A stretch of 64,000 nucleotides of DNA from a virus: the IMG/VR virus record IMGVR_UViG_3300045412_000261, positions 64,001 to 128,000 of that record, one strand, 5' to 3'. Position numbers and translations under genes: made by a program. Shown one piece after another: positions 31,717-40,858 of this stretch. The notes beneath the pieces are model-generated. The model made no database searches. It had not been told where the DNA came from and saw nothing but the letters and a program-made list of their open reading frames with translations. Every line of letters starts with the position of its first letter. The first letter of the stretch is position 1.

Positions 31717-32376
31717 TTATTTTTTCATGTATTTATTAAATTGTAAATCAAAATCATCTTTAAATATTTTTACTATTTTAGTGATTCTATTAGTATTAGT
31801 CATAGGGATGTTAGATCGTTCTCTTATTAATACATATAATGCTTTCTTATTAAATGCATATAAAGATTTTCGATGTTTAAAGATGTCTATAATAGAATCT
31901 GCAATAGATTTATCTAAATTGTTTTTAAATGTATGTCTAAATTTTTCATATAAATCATCTGTCCATAAATTCATAAAGTCATCTAAAGATTCTTTATAAT
32001 GTTTAATCACCACCTCATTTATTATATCTCTTTCTTCATCTATCTCCCATAACTCTGCTTCTCCTACTCTATTTTTATAACCTTTTTTATTCTCCATAAT
32101 AAGATAATTTATGGCAATACGGGTAAAAAAAGAATAGGCTTTAGCTCTTTCTTCATTATATCGATGCATTTTTATAGTCAACATGGAAACTAATTGACAA
32201 TGTAAATCTTCGTAAGGTAAATCAATGTACATGTATTTACCCATGTTTATTAAATTCTCCGCTAGTTTACAAAATGCAGGATAAATGTTAGTTTCATATA
32301 TTATATTTTTTTCTTTTTGTGAGTTTGAATTATTATAGTTTACTATAGAATTTTGTACGGTTTCATCAAAATACAT
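31717..32376 (-). CDS. Putative late-transcription sigma factor (T4 gp55-like)
   Basis: CKLAENL...YEDL...MHRYNEERAKAYSFFTRIAINYL resembles sigma region 2 of gp55-type factors; no region 4; heads the virion operon. Confidence 0.65.
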   Translation of the reverse strand: MYFDETVQNSIVNYNNSNSQKEKNIIYETNIYPAFCKLAENLINMGKYMYIDLPYEDLHCQLVSMLTIKMHRYNEERAKAYSFFTRIAINYLIMENKKGYKNRVGEAELWEIDEERDIINEVVIKHYKESLDDFMNLWTDDLYEKFRHTFKNNLDKSIADSIIDIFKHRKSLYAFNKKALYVLIRERSNIPMTNTNRITKIVKIFKDDFDLQFNKYMKK

Positions 32377-32396
32377 TTTTTCTTTAATTTTATAAT

Positions 32397-32409
32397 TTTA
32401 TATTAAATA
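32397..32409 (-). promoter_or_regulatory. Candidate late promoter TATTTAATATAAA upstream of the sigma gene
   Basis: Variant of the TATTTATWATAAA motif, 20 nt before the ATG and just downstream of a terminator. Confidence 0.45.
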
Positions 32410-32436
32410 AAAAAGTCACCCTAAAAGGTGACTTTT
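32409..32436 (-). terminator. Intrinsic terminator
   Basis: Perfect 10-bp stem aaaagtcacc/ggtgactttt with a 6-nt loop and a U-tract on the minus strand. Confidence 0.8.
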
Positions 32437-32444
32437 CATGTTGA

Positions 32445-32747
32445 TTATTTTTTTTCCGAAGTGAAAAGTAAATCTAAATCTTCTATTGTCTTACTTAACT
32501 CTTTAAAAACTACCCCTACTTCGTCATCTGATTCAAAAGCTCCAATCCTATCTAAGGTTCTCATTGTTGCTAGTGAATCTCTTACTCTTGCTCTTATTGA
32601 TAATATTACATTAAAATAATTATCATTTTCTTTCTCTAAATCATTTAAGTACTTTTCTGTTTCTTTTAGTAATTTTTCATTTTTAGAGAAATTTATTATG
32701 GCTATATATAAAAGTATTACGTTTAATATTATTGATGCTATTAACAT
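32445..32747 (-). CDS. Small membrane-anchored coiled-coil protein
   Basis: N-terminal hydrophobic helix followed by a coiled coil. Confidence 0.7.
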   Translation of the reverse strand: MLIASIILNVILLYIAIINFSKNEKLLKETEKYLNDLEKENDNYFNVILSIRARVRDSLATMRTLDRIGAFESDDEVGVVFKELSKTIEDLDLLFTSEKK

Positions 32748-32758
32748 GTATTTATTTT

Positions 32759-33358
32759 TTATGGAGAAATCATTTGTCTTGCTGCGTCTGTGGAAGCCAT
32801 AATGATTGATCCCAATGTTACTTTTTTAGTTTCTGGGATTTGTAAATATTTGGATGCAGTGTCATCGTATAGCCCCGCCTGAATTTTTATTGATACGTAT
32901 TCATTGTAAGATAAAGTCACATATTTCTGTAAAAGATATAAAGATTTATCGGAGGCTACTAGAAATTTAGCTCCGTCATTAAATTTATATCCTCTGTTTA
33001 GATTTTTTCTATGCCAATCCGAAGTTTCTTCTACAAAGAATGGATCCTCGTCAACTCCACATAAACCAATAGAATTAAATAAAGCAGCAACTGTAAACTC
33101 CTCTAAATTAAAATCTAAAGCAATTTCTGTAGACTTATACAATTTGCATAGACCTAACCCAAAATTATAAGTGTTAATTGCAAAATGTAGTAAACCTCCT
33201 TCGTAGCAGTAATTGTTGTCCAAAAACATAGAAGCAGGCGAACTTTTTAATGTAGTTTCATAGTCGGTTAATAACTTCAAGAACTTTTCTTTTCTTTCGC
33301 CTACTACTCGCAATTCTAATAAATCCGTAAATTCTTTAAACAACTCTTGTGATTTCAT
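32759..33358 (-). CDS. HD-domain-like protein with degenerate metal ligands
   Basis: Scaffold SPAS...YEGGL...AALF..IG...SDWHRKN...D.SLYLLQ...NE...IK...GLYD matches phage YhaM/Cbf1-like HD proteins, but HD is replaced by NS and HDG by QAG. Confidence 0.65.
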   Translation of the reverse strand: MKSQELFKEFTDLLELRVVGERKEKFLKLLTDYETTLKSSPASMFLDNNYCYEGGLLHFAINTYNFGLGLCKLYKSTEIALDFNLEEFTVAALFNSIGLCGVDEDPFFVEETSDWHRKNLNRGYKFNDGAKFLVASDKSLYLLQKYVTLSYNEYVSIKIQAGLYDDTASKYLQIPETKKVTLGSIIMASTDAARQMISP

Positions 33359-33440
33359 AAAAACTTTTTTGGTGTAACAATTTATTTATTATTTTTGTTT
33401 ATTTTGTGCCATTCTTTTATTTGAGCCGGGGACATATTTC

Positions 33441-34952
33441 TTAACTCCGATTCAGAGAGTTTTTTTTTACATTTGATTTTGGTTCTCTATAATTTCTACT
33501 TTTTGCTTGATTTGTAGGAGGAGGGAGTATAATTTCTTCTTCTTGCTCACCTGAAGAAATATCATAATCCTCATCTATAGGTTCAAAAGTAATATCTTCA
33601 ACCATTTCTAATTCCTCTTCATTTATACTTGAGCTATTAAAACTACTAATTACTTCCGTTTTTATTTTAGGTTCGTAAATATCAAATGAGTTAGTATCTT
33701 CATAAACTTCATTATCTATTTGTAGAGATCCTGCCATAACAGGAATATCAATAAGTTCATTTGTAGATTCTATACTATTATTTTTTACCTTATTCTTACT
33801 TCCTGTAGGTCTACCTCTTCTTTTTGGTTTTGGTAAGTCTACAAATTTAGACCATGAAAAAGGACCTTGTAAATTATGTGGATTTGTAGGTACTATTGAA
33901 CCAATTATAGGCTCTCCAAAATAACTATTATTTTCTACAAAAGAACTAGTAAATTTTACTTTTTCATCAAAGTGTTTAATATACTCTGCATCTTCTGGTG
34001 TCAAATCATCTGAATAAAATTCCGCTAAAGGGCTTCTCTTTTTTTGTTTTTCTGGGGTAGGATTTTCTTCAATAGTATTATTATCTTTCTCATTATCTTC
34101 TAATATTACTTTTTGAGTATAGTGATAAGCAGTCAAAAGAGCGATAGCTAATGGGTCTGCTAAAAATACGATAACTAATAAAAACCAAAATAGTACTTTA
34201 TCTAAACTTGTATTAGTTACTTCAGAAAGGTAAATGAGAGGACCTAATTCTACAGCTACATCATTACTTGACTTTATTTCAATAATCTTTGTCTCATAAT
34301 AAAAGATAGAATCGGAGATATTTGTAATGTCCACATATACTCCATCTCTCCTATTTTCCATTTTTCCAATGTCAGAATTAAGACCCTCAACTTGCTTTAA
34401 ATAATCTTTTCTGGTAGATGCATTTGATCTTGTTGATGTTCTTCCTCTACTATCTGTATAAACATCTTTAGAATCATTCATCATCCCGGAAGATGTCGTA
34501 TTTCTTTGTAATCTTGTTTGAGCAATGTCTGAAATTATTTGCTTGTATTCATTTTGTAAGTCATTTTTCTTATCCTCGAAGAATTTCTTTTTCTCTTCAA
34601 CCAATGCGACTTCTGATTTAGAAGCCATTAATTTATTCTTATTTTCAGTATATGCTTGAGATAGGATACCATAAACTCCAGAAGATGTTACAAAGATGAC
34701 AAGAATCAAAAAAATTAATCCTCCTACTTTATATCCGAATGTCAATTTATCCCAATATCTATGAAGGAATGATGCGATTACAAGTTTTGATACTTCTATA
34801 CCGGCTCCTAAAAGAACAATAGCTATTCCTGCTCCGGCGAAAACTTGCGCTAGTCCTTTAACTGAAAAAAAACCTACGACAGATGCAAGAAAAATAGCGC
34901 AGGTTAAAAGAAGATATGATATTCTCTTTTGTGTTTTAATGTCTTTGGTCAT
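33441..34952 (-). CDS. Multi-pass membrane protein with a coiled coil and an acidic tail bearing an AT-hook
   Basis: Three N-terminal hydrophobic segments, a long coiled coil, a fourth TM (VLFWFLLVIVFLADPLAIALL), and tail motif KPKRRGRPTGSKNK. Confidence 0.75.
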   Translation of the reverse strand: MTKDIKTQKRISYLLLTCAIFLASVVGFFSVKGLAQVFAGAGIAIVLLGAGIEVSKLVIASFLHRYWDKLTFGYKVGGLIFLILVIFVTSSGVYGILSQAYTENKNKLMASKSEVALVEEKKKFFEDKKNDLQNEYKQIISDIAQTRLQRNTTSSGMMNDSKDVYTDSRGRTSTRSNASTRKDYLKQVEGLNSDIGKMENRRDGVYVDITNISDSIFYYETKIIEIKSSNDVAVELGPLIYLSEVTNTSLDKVLFWFLLVIVFLADPLAIALLTAYHYTQKVILEDNEKDNNTIEENPTPEKQKKRSPLAEFYSDDLTPEDAEYIKHFDEKVKFTSSFVENNSYFGEPIIGSIVPTNPHNLQGPFSWSKFVDLPKPKRRGRPTGSKNKVKNNSIESTNELIDIPVMAGSLQIDNEVYEDTNSFDIYEPKIKTEVISSFNSSSINEEELEMVEDITFEPIDEDYDISSGEQEEEIILPPPTNQAKSRNYREPKSNVKKNSLNRS

Positions 34953-34965
34953 GTTATTTTTTTTA

Positions 34966-34995
34966 CAAAGGTAGTCAATTTTTTTATATAATCAA
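34966..34995 (-). promoter_or_regulatory. Bacteroidota-type sigma70 promoter (TTG-N19-TACCTTTG)
   Basis: -7 element TAnnTTTG at 34966-34973 and -33 TTG at 34993-34995; 13 nt upstream of ATG 34952. Confidence 0.75.
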
Positions 34996-35385
34996 CTTTT
35001 TGCATATTTTTTTTACATGTTTTTTACATGAATGCTATGTAATATAAAGAAAACAATTATGTATATAATTATGTTAAAATTACATGTTTATTGTTTTAAC
35101 ATTTTGTTTTAAAGATATTAATGAGCATTAACATGAATATACATTTATACATGAATGTATGTCAACATATTTTTTTTGACAAAGGTTGAATATTTGAATG
35201 AAAGCATATAATTTTAACATTTTATTAACATGTATAGATTTTTGGCAGGGAAAACTTGATAAGACATCCCAGCAAAAAATAAAAAATTTAAAAAAACATG
35301 AAAAATACATGTAAAATCTATTTATAATAAACATGTAACAAACATTTATTGATAATTGATTATAAATTAAAACACATTATACATT
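34996..35385. other. AT-rich divergent intergenic region with clustered ACATG motifs; candidate replication origin
   Basis: Nine ACATG (five ACATGT) between 35015 and 35336; the coding strand switches here. Confidence 0.5.
35319..35331 (+). promoter_or_regulatory. Candidate late promoter TATTTATAATAAA
   Basis: The same 13-mer occurs at 36825 and 56617, each upstream of an ATG. Confidence 0.5.
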
Positions 35386-35745
35386 ATGACAACAATGATA
35401 AAAGCAATATCAGATTTTGAACATACCGGACATATGGTTTACTTAAAAAAAATATTTCCGGAAGCATTCTTTAAAATCAAAGCATTAACTGTACATTTTA
35501 AAGAAAAAGAAACATTAATTCCCATTGGAGGAGATGATGGGGAGATGAAAGCAGAAATTACATTATGCCCCACAATAAAATGTCAATTCTACATCTATGC
35601 AAATAAAGATGTTTTCGATAATAAAGGAAATGCTTTAGTTCCTTACATTATAGATTTAGATGTTGATGAAACCAATGATGTAGAAGATTTGTTAGATAAA
35701 TTAAAACAAATGCTACAGGATGAATTTAAAGAAAAGATTGAATGA
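35386..35745 (+). CDS. Hypothetical protein
   Basis: 119-aa ORF, first gene of the plus-strand block. Confidence 0.65.
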   Translation: MTTMIKAISDFEHTGHMVYLKKIFPEAFFKIKALTVHFKEKETLIPIGGDDGEMKAEITLCPTIKCQFYIYANKDVFDNKGNALVPYIIDLDVDETNDVEDLLDKLKQMLQDEFKEKIE

Positions 35746-36301
35746 CACATTGTCTTTTATGTCAGAACATGATAGGGTGATGTTTTTGTATAATAACATC
35801 TTGCTAAAGAATCCCGATGACAATTTTGATTTAAATAAGGAAACATTTAACATGCTATTTTCTAATGATTCTACCAATTCTGACATTTTTGGTAATATGT
35901 TGCATGATTCAAGAGAAATGAATGACTTTTTTTCATTTTTAGACAATAATGAAAATTTTATAAGTCCCGAGGATGAAAACTTCGATGCTTTTTCTTATTC
36001 CGATGAAGAAATGGATAGCATGTTAGATGAATTAGGAGATGAAGAACATTTATTTAATTCGGATGATAGCTTAGAAGTAGAAGTTATTATAAATGATGAT
36101 ATCTTATTGGTGTTTTCTAATACTGAGGAGGATATACATACTTATATCTACAATTATTGTTTTTTAGATGGTTACATATATACTAAAATACCTGATCAAG
36201 AAATAGATAAGATAAAAACATTAGACATAGTAACTGGTTATAAGTTTAAGAAAGTATATAAGATTCTTGGGAAATTAGAAAATGATATTTGTTACAATTA
36301 A
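35720..36301 (+). CDS. Hypothetical acidic protein
   Basis: 193-aa Asp/Glu-rich ORF. Confidence 0.65.
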   Translation: MNLKKRLNDTLSFMSEHDRVMFLYNNILLKNPDDNFDLNKETFNMLFSNDSTNSDIFGNMLHDSREMNDFFSFLDNNENFISPEDENFDAFSYSDEEMDSMLDELGDEEHLFNSDDSLEVEVIINDDILLVFSNTEEDIHTYIYNYCFLDGYIYTKIPDQEIDKIKTLDIVTGYKFKKVYKILGKLENDICYN

Positions 36302-36374
36302 TTTAACATAAAATGGCACATATTTTGAAGATTTGATGATATATATTATTAGTTAACTCTTTAAAATAAATAAA

Positions 36375-36755
36375 ATGGCAAATTTTGATGATTTAGGTTA
36401 CGACGAAGTGGTAGATACTATCTGCGACGTAATTGAACTAGGTAAAAATGTAAAAAACGTATTTGCTGACGGATTCCAATTAATTCCTGATCTTATTGCG
36501 TTGACACCTGAATTCTTTAAAGTTCAAGAGATTATTTCTGATGCTCCTATGGCAATCAACCAACTTAAAAACTTGAGTGTTGAAGAAGCTAAAAAAGCAC
36601 ACGCAGAAATCGCAAAGCGCACCGGCGTAGCTCAAGACAAGGTAGTTGACACGGTAACTAAGGGCTTCGGAATTATCGTAGAATTGTATGAAGTATTTGC
36701 TTGGAATCAGGCAAAATTCTTCGCAATCAAGCAAAAAGTTCAAGACCTAGTGTAA
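36375..36755 (+). CDS. Hypothetical helical protein, probably highly expressed
   Basis: 126 aa; many C-ending codons (ATC, TTC, GAC, AAC) for an AT-rich genome; followed by a terminator. Confidence 0.75.
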   Translation: MANFDDLGYDEVVDTICDVIELGKNVKNVFADGFQLIPDLIALTPEFFKVQEIISDAPMAINQLKNLSVEEAKKAHAEIAKRTGVAQDKVVDTVTKGFGIIVELYEVFAWNQAKFFAIKQKVQDLV

Positions 36756-36776
36756 TTGTAAACTATTCGATTTTTC

Positions 36777-36806
36777 GCCCCGCTAAAAAAATTGGCGGGG
36801 CTTTTT
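36777..36806 (+). terminator. Intrinsic terminator
   Basis: Stem gccccgc/gcggggc followed by TTTTT. Confidence 0.85.
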
Positions 36807-36824
36807 AATTAATACAAAATGCAA

Positions 36825-36837
36825 TATTTATAATAAA
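36825..36837 (+). promoter_or_regulatory. Candidate late promoter TATTTATAATAAA driving the fibre cluster
   Basis: Lies between the terminator and ATG 36846 (8-nt gap). Confidence 0.6.
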
Positions 36838-36845
36838 GGTTAATC

Positions 36846-39800
36846 ATGCTAATTTACAGGCCTACGATTATTTCTGGATCAGGATATTACTCCGGGTCTT
36901 TCGATGGAGACGGGTCTAGGTTATATAACATAAGATCCTCCTCTTATGCTCTAACTGCATCTTACGCTCTAAATGGAGGAGGTGGTGGTGGCACAGGAGC
37001 TGGCTTTCCTTTTTCCGGAGCAGCAGTAATAACAGGATCTTTGACCGTTTCTGGTTCTTATGTTGACTTTTCCGATGTAGTTTATATAACAGGTTCTAGA
37101 TTAAGAGTTTCTAAATTAAATGTATTATCTGAATTAACTGCGAGTGGACTTAAATATCCGAAGATAGATGGTATTGCTGGTCAAATTATAGAGACAGATG
37201 GAGCTGGTAATTTGTCATTTGGTAATATTGATACTATTGTAGAGAATGTAAAAAACGTATCTGGATATACCTTGTATAAAGGAACGCCTGTACATGCAAC
37301 GGGTTCCGGAACATCTGGTAATGTTGTTGGAGTTATTGCTGCTAGTGCTTCCGTAGCTTCTACAATGCCTGCAACTTTTATATTAGCTCAAACATTAGCA
37401 GCAGGAGCTGAAGGTCTAGGTATAATATCTGGATTAATAACAGGAGTAAATACATCTGCCTTTAAAAATGGAGAAGTTATATATGTTGGAGCTAGAGGGG
37501 GATACACTAATGTTGCACCTACTGGTTCAAATCTAGTACAAAATTTAGGTATTGTAACTAAAGTACACCCTACAAATGGCGGAGGTGTTGTTCTTGGTGC
37601 GGGTAGAGCAAATGCAACTCCTAATTTATTAAACGGTCAAATTTTTTACGGAGTAGGAAATAAATCTGTAGCTAGACCTTTGAGAGATGTTATATCAGGA
37701 AGTGCTTTTGTTTTCTCCGGATCTTTTAAGGGAGATGGTAGTGGATTGACAAATGTTTCAGGAGAAAAAGGGCAGAAAGGAGAGGCGGTAGCGTATATTT
37801 ATACATCTTCTTTACAGGGAGTTGTAGTTAGTGTAAATCATAATTTAGACCTTGCTTACCCCGTTTACAATATATATGACAATTTAGGTAATGAAACAAT
37901 ACCAAAGTCTTTTTCTATAATAAATAATAACACTGTAGAAATAGATTTCGGAGTTCCTTTTACCGGCTCTCTAACCATATCTTCCGGGGATAAAGGATTA
38001 AAAGGAGACAAAGGAAATTTCAAAGGGCAAAAAGGAGAGAAAGGAGATAATAAAGGAAGTAAAGGAAATATAGGACCCAAAGGAAATATTGGACAAAAAG
38101 GAGCTACAGGAAATAAAGGACAAAAAGGAGATATAGGACAGAAAGGTTCTGTAGGTTCAACTGGATTAAAAGGTTCTATCGGTGAAAAAGGATATAAGGG
38201 AGATTTAGGATATAAAGGGGAGATAGGACTAAAAGGTCAAAAAGGAGAAATAGGAGCTTCTGGAAGTAAGGGAAATGCTAGTACAGTACAAGGACCTAAA
38301 GGTATAAAGGGAGATATAGGCCCTTCTGGTAGTAAAGGTAATGCTAGCTCTATCCCAGGACCTTTGGGACCAAAAGGACAAAAAGGTGAACTTGGTTATA
38401 AAGGAAGTAAAGGTAATGCTAGCTCAGTCCAAGGACCTTCGGGAAGTAAAGGCAATAAAGGAGATAATGGTTCTCTATTTACGAGTCCGTTATCTGGTTC
38501 TTTAGTTACTCTTAATCATGGATTAAACAATAAGTACCCAGTATTTGTAGTTTATGATATTACAGGTTCCGCAATATTCCCCAACTCTTTTGTTTCTGTA
38601 AATTCTAATACATCCCAAGTTTCTTTTGTTGATACTTTTTCCGGCTCTATCAGTATAATGTCAGGAGGACAAAAAGGAGTAAAAGGAGAAAAAGGAGAAT
38701 TTAAAGGAGAAAAAGGAACAAAAGGACAAAAAGGATTAAAAGGTGAAGGTACTTTATATACAACTTCTATTAGTGGGTCTATAGTAACTATAAATCACAA
38801 TACAGGACATTTATATCCTATATTTTCTGCTTATAATAAAAATAAAATAGCTGTTCAACCAAAAACCGTACTTGTTATTGATTCAAATACGTTACAAGTT
38901 GATTTTGGAACTTCTTTTAGCGGGTCTATTTCCGTCGGAAGCGGAGGATTAAATGGATTAAATGGATTAAAAGGAGAGAAAGGAAATTTCAAAGGAGAGA
39001 AGGGAACAAAAGGACAAAAAGGAAACAACGGTCTTTTTCCTTTTTCTGGAGCAGCTTCTATAACCGGGTCTTTAAGCGTAACTAATTCTAGTTCATTTTC
39101 TCATGTACTTCCTAAACAAAATAATTTATATGATTTAGGAAGCTCAAGTAATAGATGGAGAGATTTGTACTTAACAAGTGCCTCGATATATTTAGGCAGA
39201 ACAAAAATAACATCTGGCCCAAATGGTAAGATATCTTTTGTAGATTCTCAGAATCCAAATCAAAAAATAACAGGAAATTATACAGGATCTTTCTCCGGTA
39301 GTTTTAACATATCAGGAATAAGACAAGGATCAAATGAAAATAAAGTTTTACTTTTAGATAGCAATAATAACATTATATATAGAAATAATTTAGCTCTCAC
39401 GGGATCTAAAGGAAATAAAGGAGATATGGGCCCATCGGGTTCAAATGCAGGAATTCAAACTTATACAAATCCATCTAATAATAGAGTTATAACATCAGTT
39501 TCATCAACAGAAATAAATGCTGAATCAAATTTAACTTTTGATGGCTCTATTTTGTCTGTAAATTCTAATTCAGCAATAAAATTACCTTCTGGAACAACTA
39601 ATCAAAGACCTGTAAGCTCATCAGCTGGTATGATTAGACTAAATTCCACAAACAGTAGTGTGGAATCCTATATCAGTGGATCTTGGCACTCGGTACCATC
39701 TTTTCCGGGGCTTAATTCTCAAGTTACTATTATAGGTGGTGGAAGTAGGGGTGGTGTCGGAATTGGTTACTTCTCTATAGGTTCTGGAGGAGGAGGAGGA

Positions 39801-40409
39801 GGAGGAGGAGAGGTAATAAATTTAGATTATTTGTTGTATCCGGGTAGTTATACAGTTATAGTTGCAGCAGGAGGTGGAAATTCTTCTTTCGGAAATATAA
39901 TAGCCACCTCAGGAAGTGTTGGAGGAAATGCATCAGTGTATATTGGCGGATCTGGTGGAGCGGGTAGCTTAACAAAATCAACAGGTGGACCCGGAGGTAG
40001 CACAAGTGGAGATTTTTATCCATACGATATTTCATTTCCCGGAGTTGGATGCACTGGGCTCTTCTCTGTTTGCACTGGGGATACGAGAGCTGGAGGAGGA
40101 GGAGGAGGAGGAGCTAGCACTGCTAATCAACTCAATGGAAACACGATATACTCTGGACCGGGAGCAATAGGTTCTTCTGGCGGTGGTGCGGGAGGAGATG
40201 CTTATGTAAATGGAGGCAATGGAGTTGGTAATACAGGAGGAGGAGGAGGAGGAGGAGGTAGTCAAGGAGCTATAGGAGGTAACGGAGGTAGTGGTATAGT
40301 TGTTATAAAATACGTGGGAAATCCTAAAGCAACCGGAGGTACTATAAGTACTTCAAACGGTTATACAAAACACACATTTACTATGACGGGAACATTAGTA
40401 GTTTATTAA
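36846..40409 (+). CDS. Tail fibre: Lys-rich collagen segments, three small beta-domains and a C-terminal Gly-rich adhesin domain
   Basis: GEK/GQK/GSK triplets; three NH...YP..F..Y...P...N..F...FSG domains; LPSGTTNQRP...GMIRLN motif; poly-Gly domain ending GGSGIVVIKY...HTFT. Confidence 0.85.
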   Translation: MLIYRPTIISGSGYYSGSFDGDGSRLYNIRSSSYALTASYALNGGGGGGTGAGFPFSGAAVITGSLTVSGSYVDFSDVVYITGSRLRVSKLNVLSELTASGLKYPKIDGIAGQIIETDGAGNLSFGNIDTIVENVKNVSGYTLYKGTPVHATGSGTSGNVVGVIAASASVASTMPATFILAQTLAAGAEGLGIISGLITGVNTSAFKNGEVIYVGARGGYTNVAPTGSNLVQNLGIVTKVHPTNGGGVVLGAGRANATPNLLNGQIFYGVGNKSVARPLRDVISGSAFVFSGSFKGDGSGLTNVSGEKGQKGEAVAYIYTSSLQGVVVSVNHNLDLAYPVYNIYDNLGNETIPKSFSIINNNTVEIDFGVPFTGSLTISSGDKGLKGDKGNFKGQKGEKGDNKGSKGNIGPKGNIGQKGATGNKGQKGDIGQKGSVGSTGLKGSIGEKGYKGDLGYKGEIGLKGQKGEIGASGSKGNASTVQGPKGIKGDIGPSGSKGNASSIPGPLGPKGQKGELGYKGSKGNASSVQGPSGSKGNKGDNGSLFTSPLSGSLVTLNHGLNNKYPVFVVYDITGSAIFPNSFVSVNSNTSQVSFVDTFSGSISIMSGGQKGVKGEKGEFKGEKGTKGQKGLKGEGTLYTTSISGSIVTINHNTGHLYPIFSAYNKNKIAVQPKTVLVIDSNTLQVDFGTSFSGSISVGSGGLNGLNGLKGEKGNFKGEKGTKGQKGNNGLFPFSGAASITGSLSVTNSSSFSHVLPKQNNLYDLGSSSNRWRDLYLTSASIYLGRTKITSGPNGKISFVDSQNPNQKITGNYTGSFSGSFNISGIRQGSNENKVLLLDSNNNIIYRNNLALTGSKGNKGDMGPSGSNAGIQTYTNPSNNRVITSVSSTEINAESNLTFDGSILSVNSNSAIKLPSGTTNQRPVSSSAGMIRLNSTNSSVESYISGSWHSVPSFPGLNSQVTIIGGGSRGGVGIGYFSIGSGGGGGGGGEVINLDYLLYPGSYTVIVAAGGGNSSFGNIIATSGSVGGNASVYIGGSGGAGSLTKSTGGPGGSTSGDFYPYDISFPGVGCTGLFSVCTGDTRAGGGGGGGASTANQLNGNTIYSGPGAIGSSGGGAGGDAYVNGGNGVGNTGGGGGGGGSQGAIGGNGGSGIVVIKYVGNPKATGGTISTSNGYTKHTFTMTGTLVVY

Positions 40410-40420
40410 AAAATTATTTT

Positions 40421-40846
40421 ATGGCACATTTCGCACAAATAAATGAAAATAATAAAGTTATAAATATTGTTGTCGTTTCTGATATTGACTTACAAAGTGG
40501 TCTTCATTTAGATATAGAAGAATTAGGAGTTCAATACCTTAAGTCTCTTGTAGGAAACGATACAAATTGGGTAAAAACATCCTATAACACTAAAGGCGGC
40601 ATACATTATAACCCGATAACAAATAAACCAAACGAAAATCAATCAAAAGCGTTTAGAAAAAATTATGCTCAGTACGGATATACTTACGACAATCAAAGAG
40701 ATGCTTTTATTCCTCCAAAACCATACCCATCTTGGATACTAAATGAATTCTCTTGTTTATGGGAACCTCCTATACCCTATCCTAATGATGGTAATCTGTA
40801 TGAATGGAATGAAGACACTAAATCATGGGATTTATACACGCCTTAA
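40421..40846 (+). CDS. Fibre-associated small protein (MAHFA family), copy 1
   Basis: MAHFAQI...W.KTSYN...FRKNYA..GY.YD...DAFIPPKPYPSW...W.PP.PYP.DG..Y.WNE; paralog of 48593..48955. Confidence 0.8.
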   Translation: MAHFAQINENNKVINIVVVSDIDLQSGLHLDIEELGVQYLKSLVGNDTNWVKTSYNTKGGIHYNPITNKPNENQSKAFRKNYAQYGYTYDNQRDAFIPPKPYPSWILNEFSCLWEPPIPYPNDGNLYEWNEDTKSWDLYTP

Positions 40847-40858
40847 ACATAAAGTAAA

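Noticed and set aside
34996-35385. CRISPR array, tRNA or the 68-aa ORF (35128-35334) in the switch region
   Set aside because: The repeats are 5-6 bp with irregular spacing, no cloverleaf is visible, and the ORF is low-complexity with no recognisable features.
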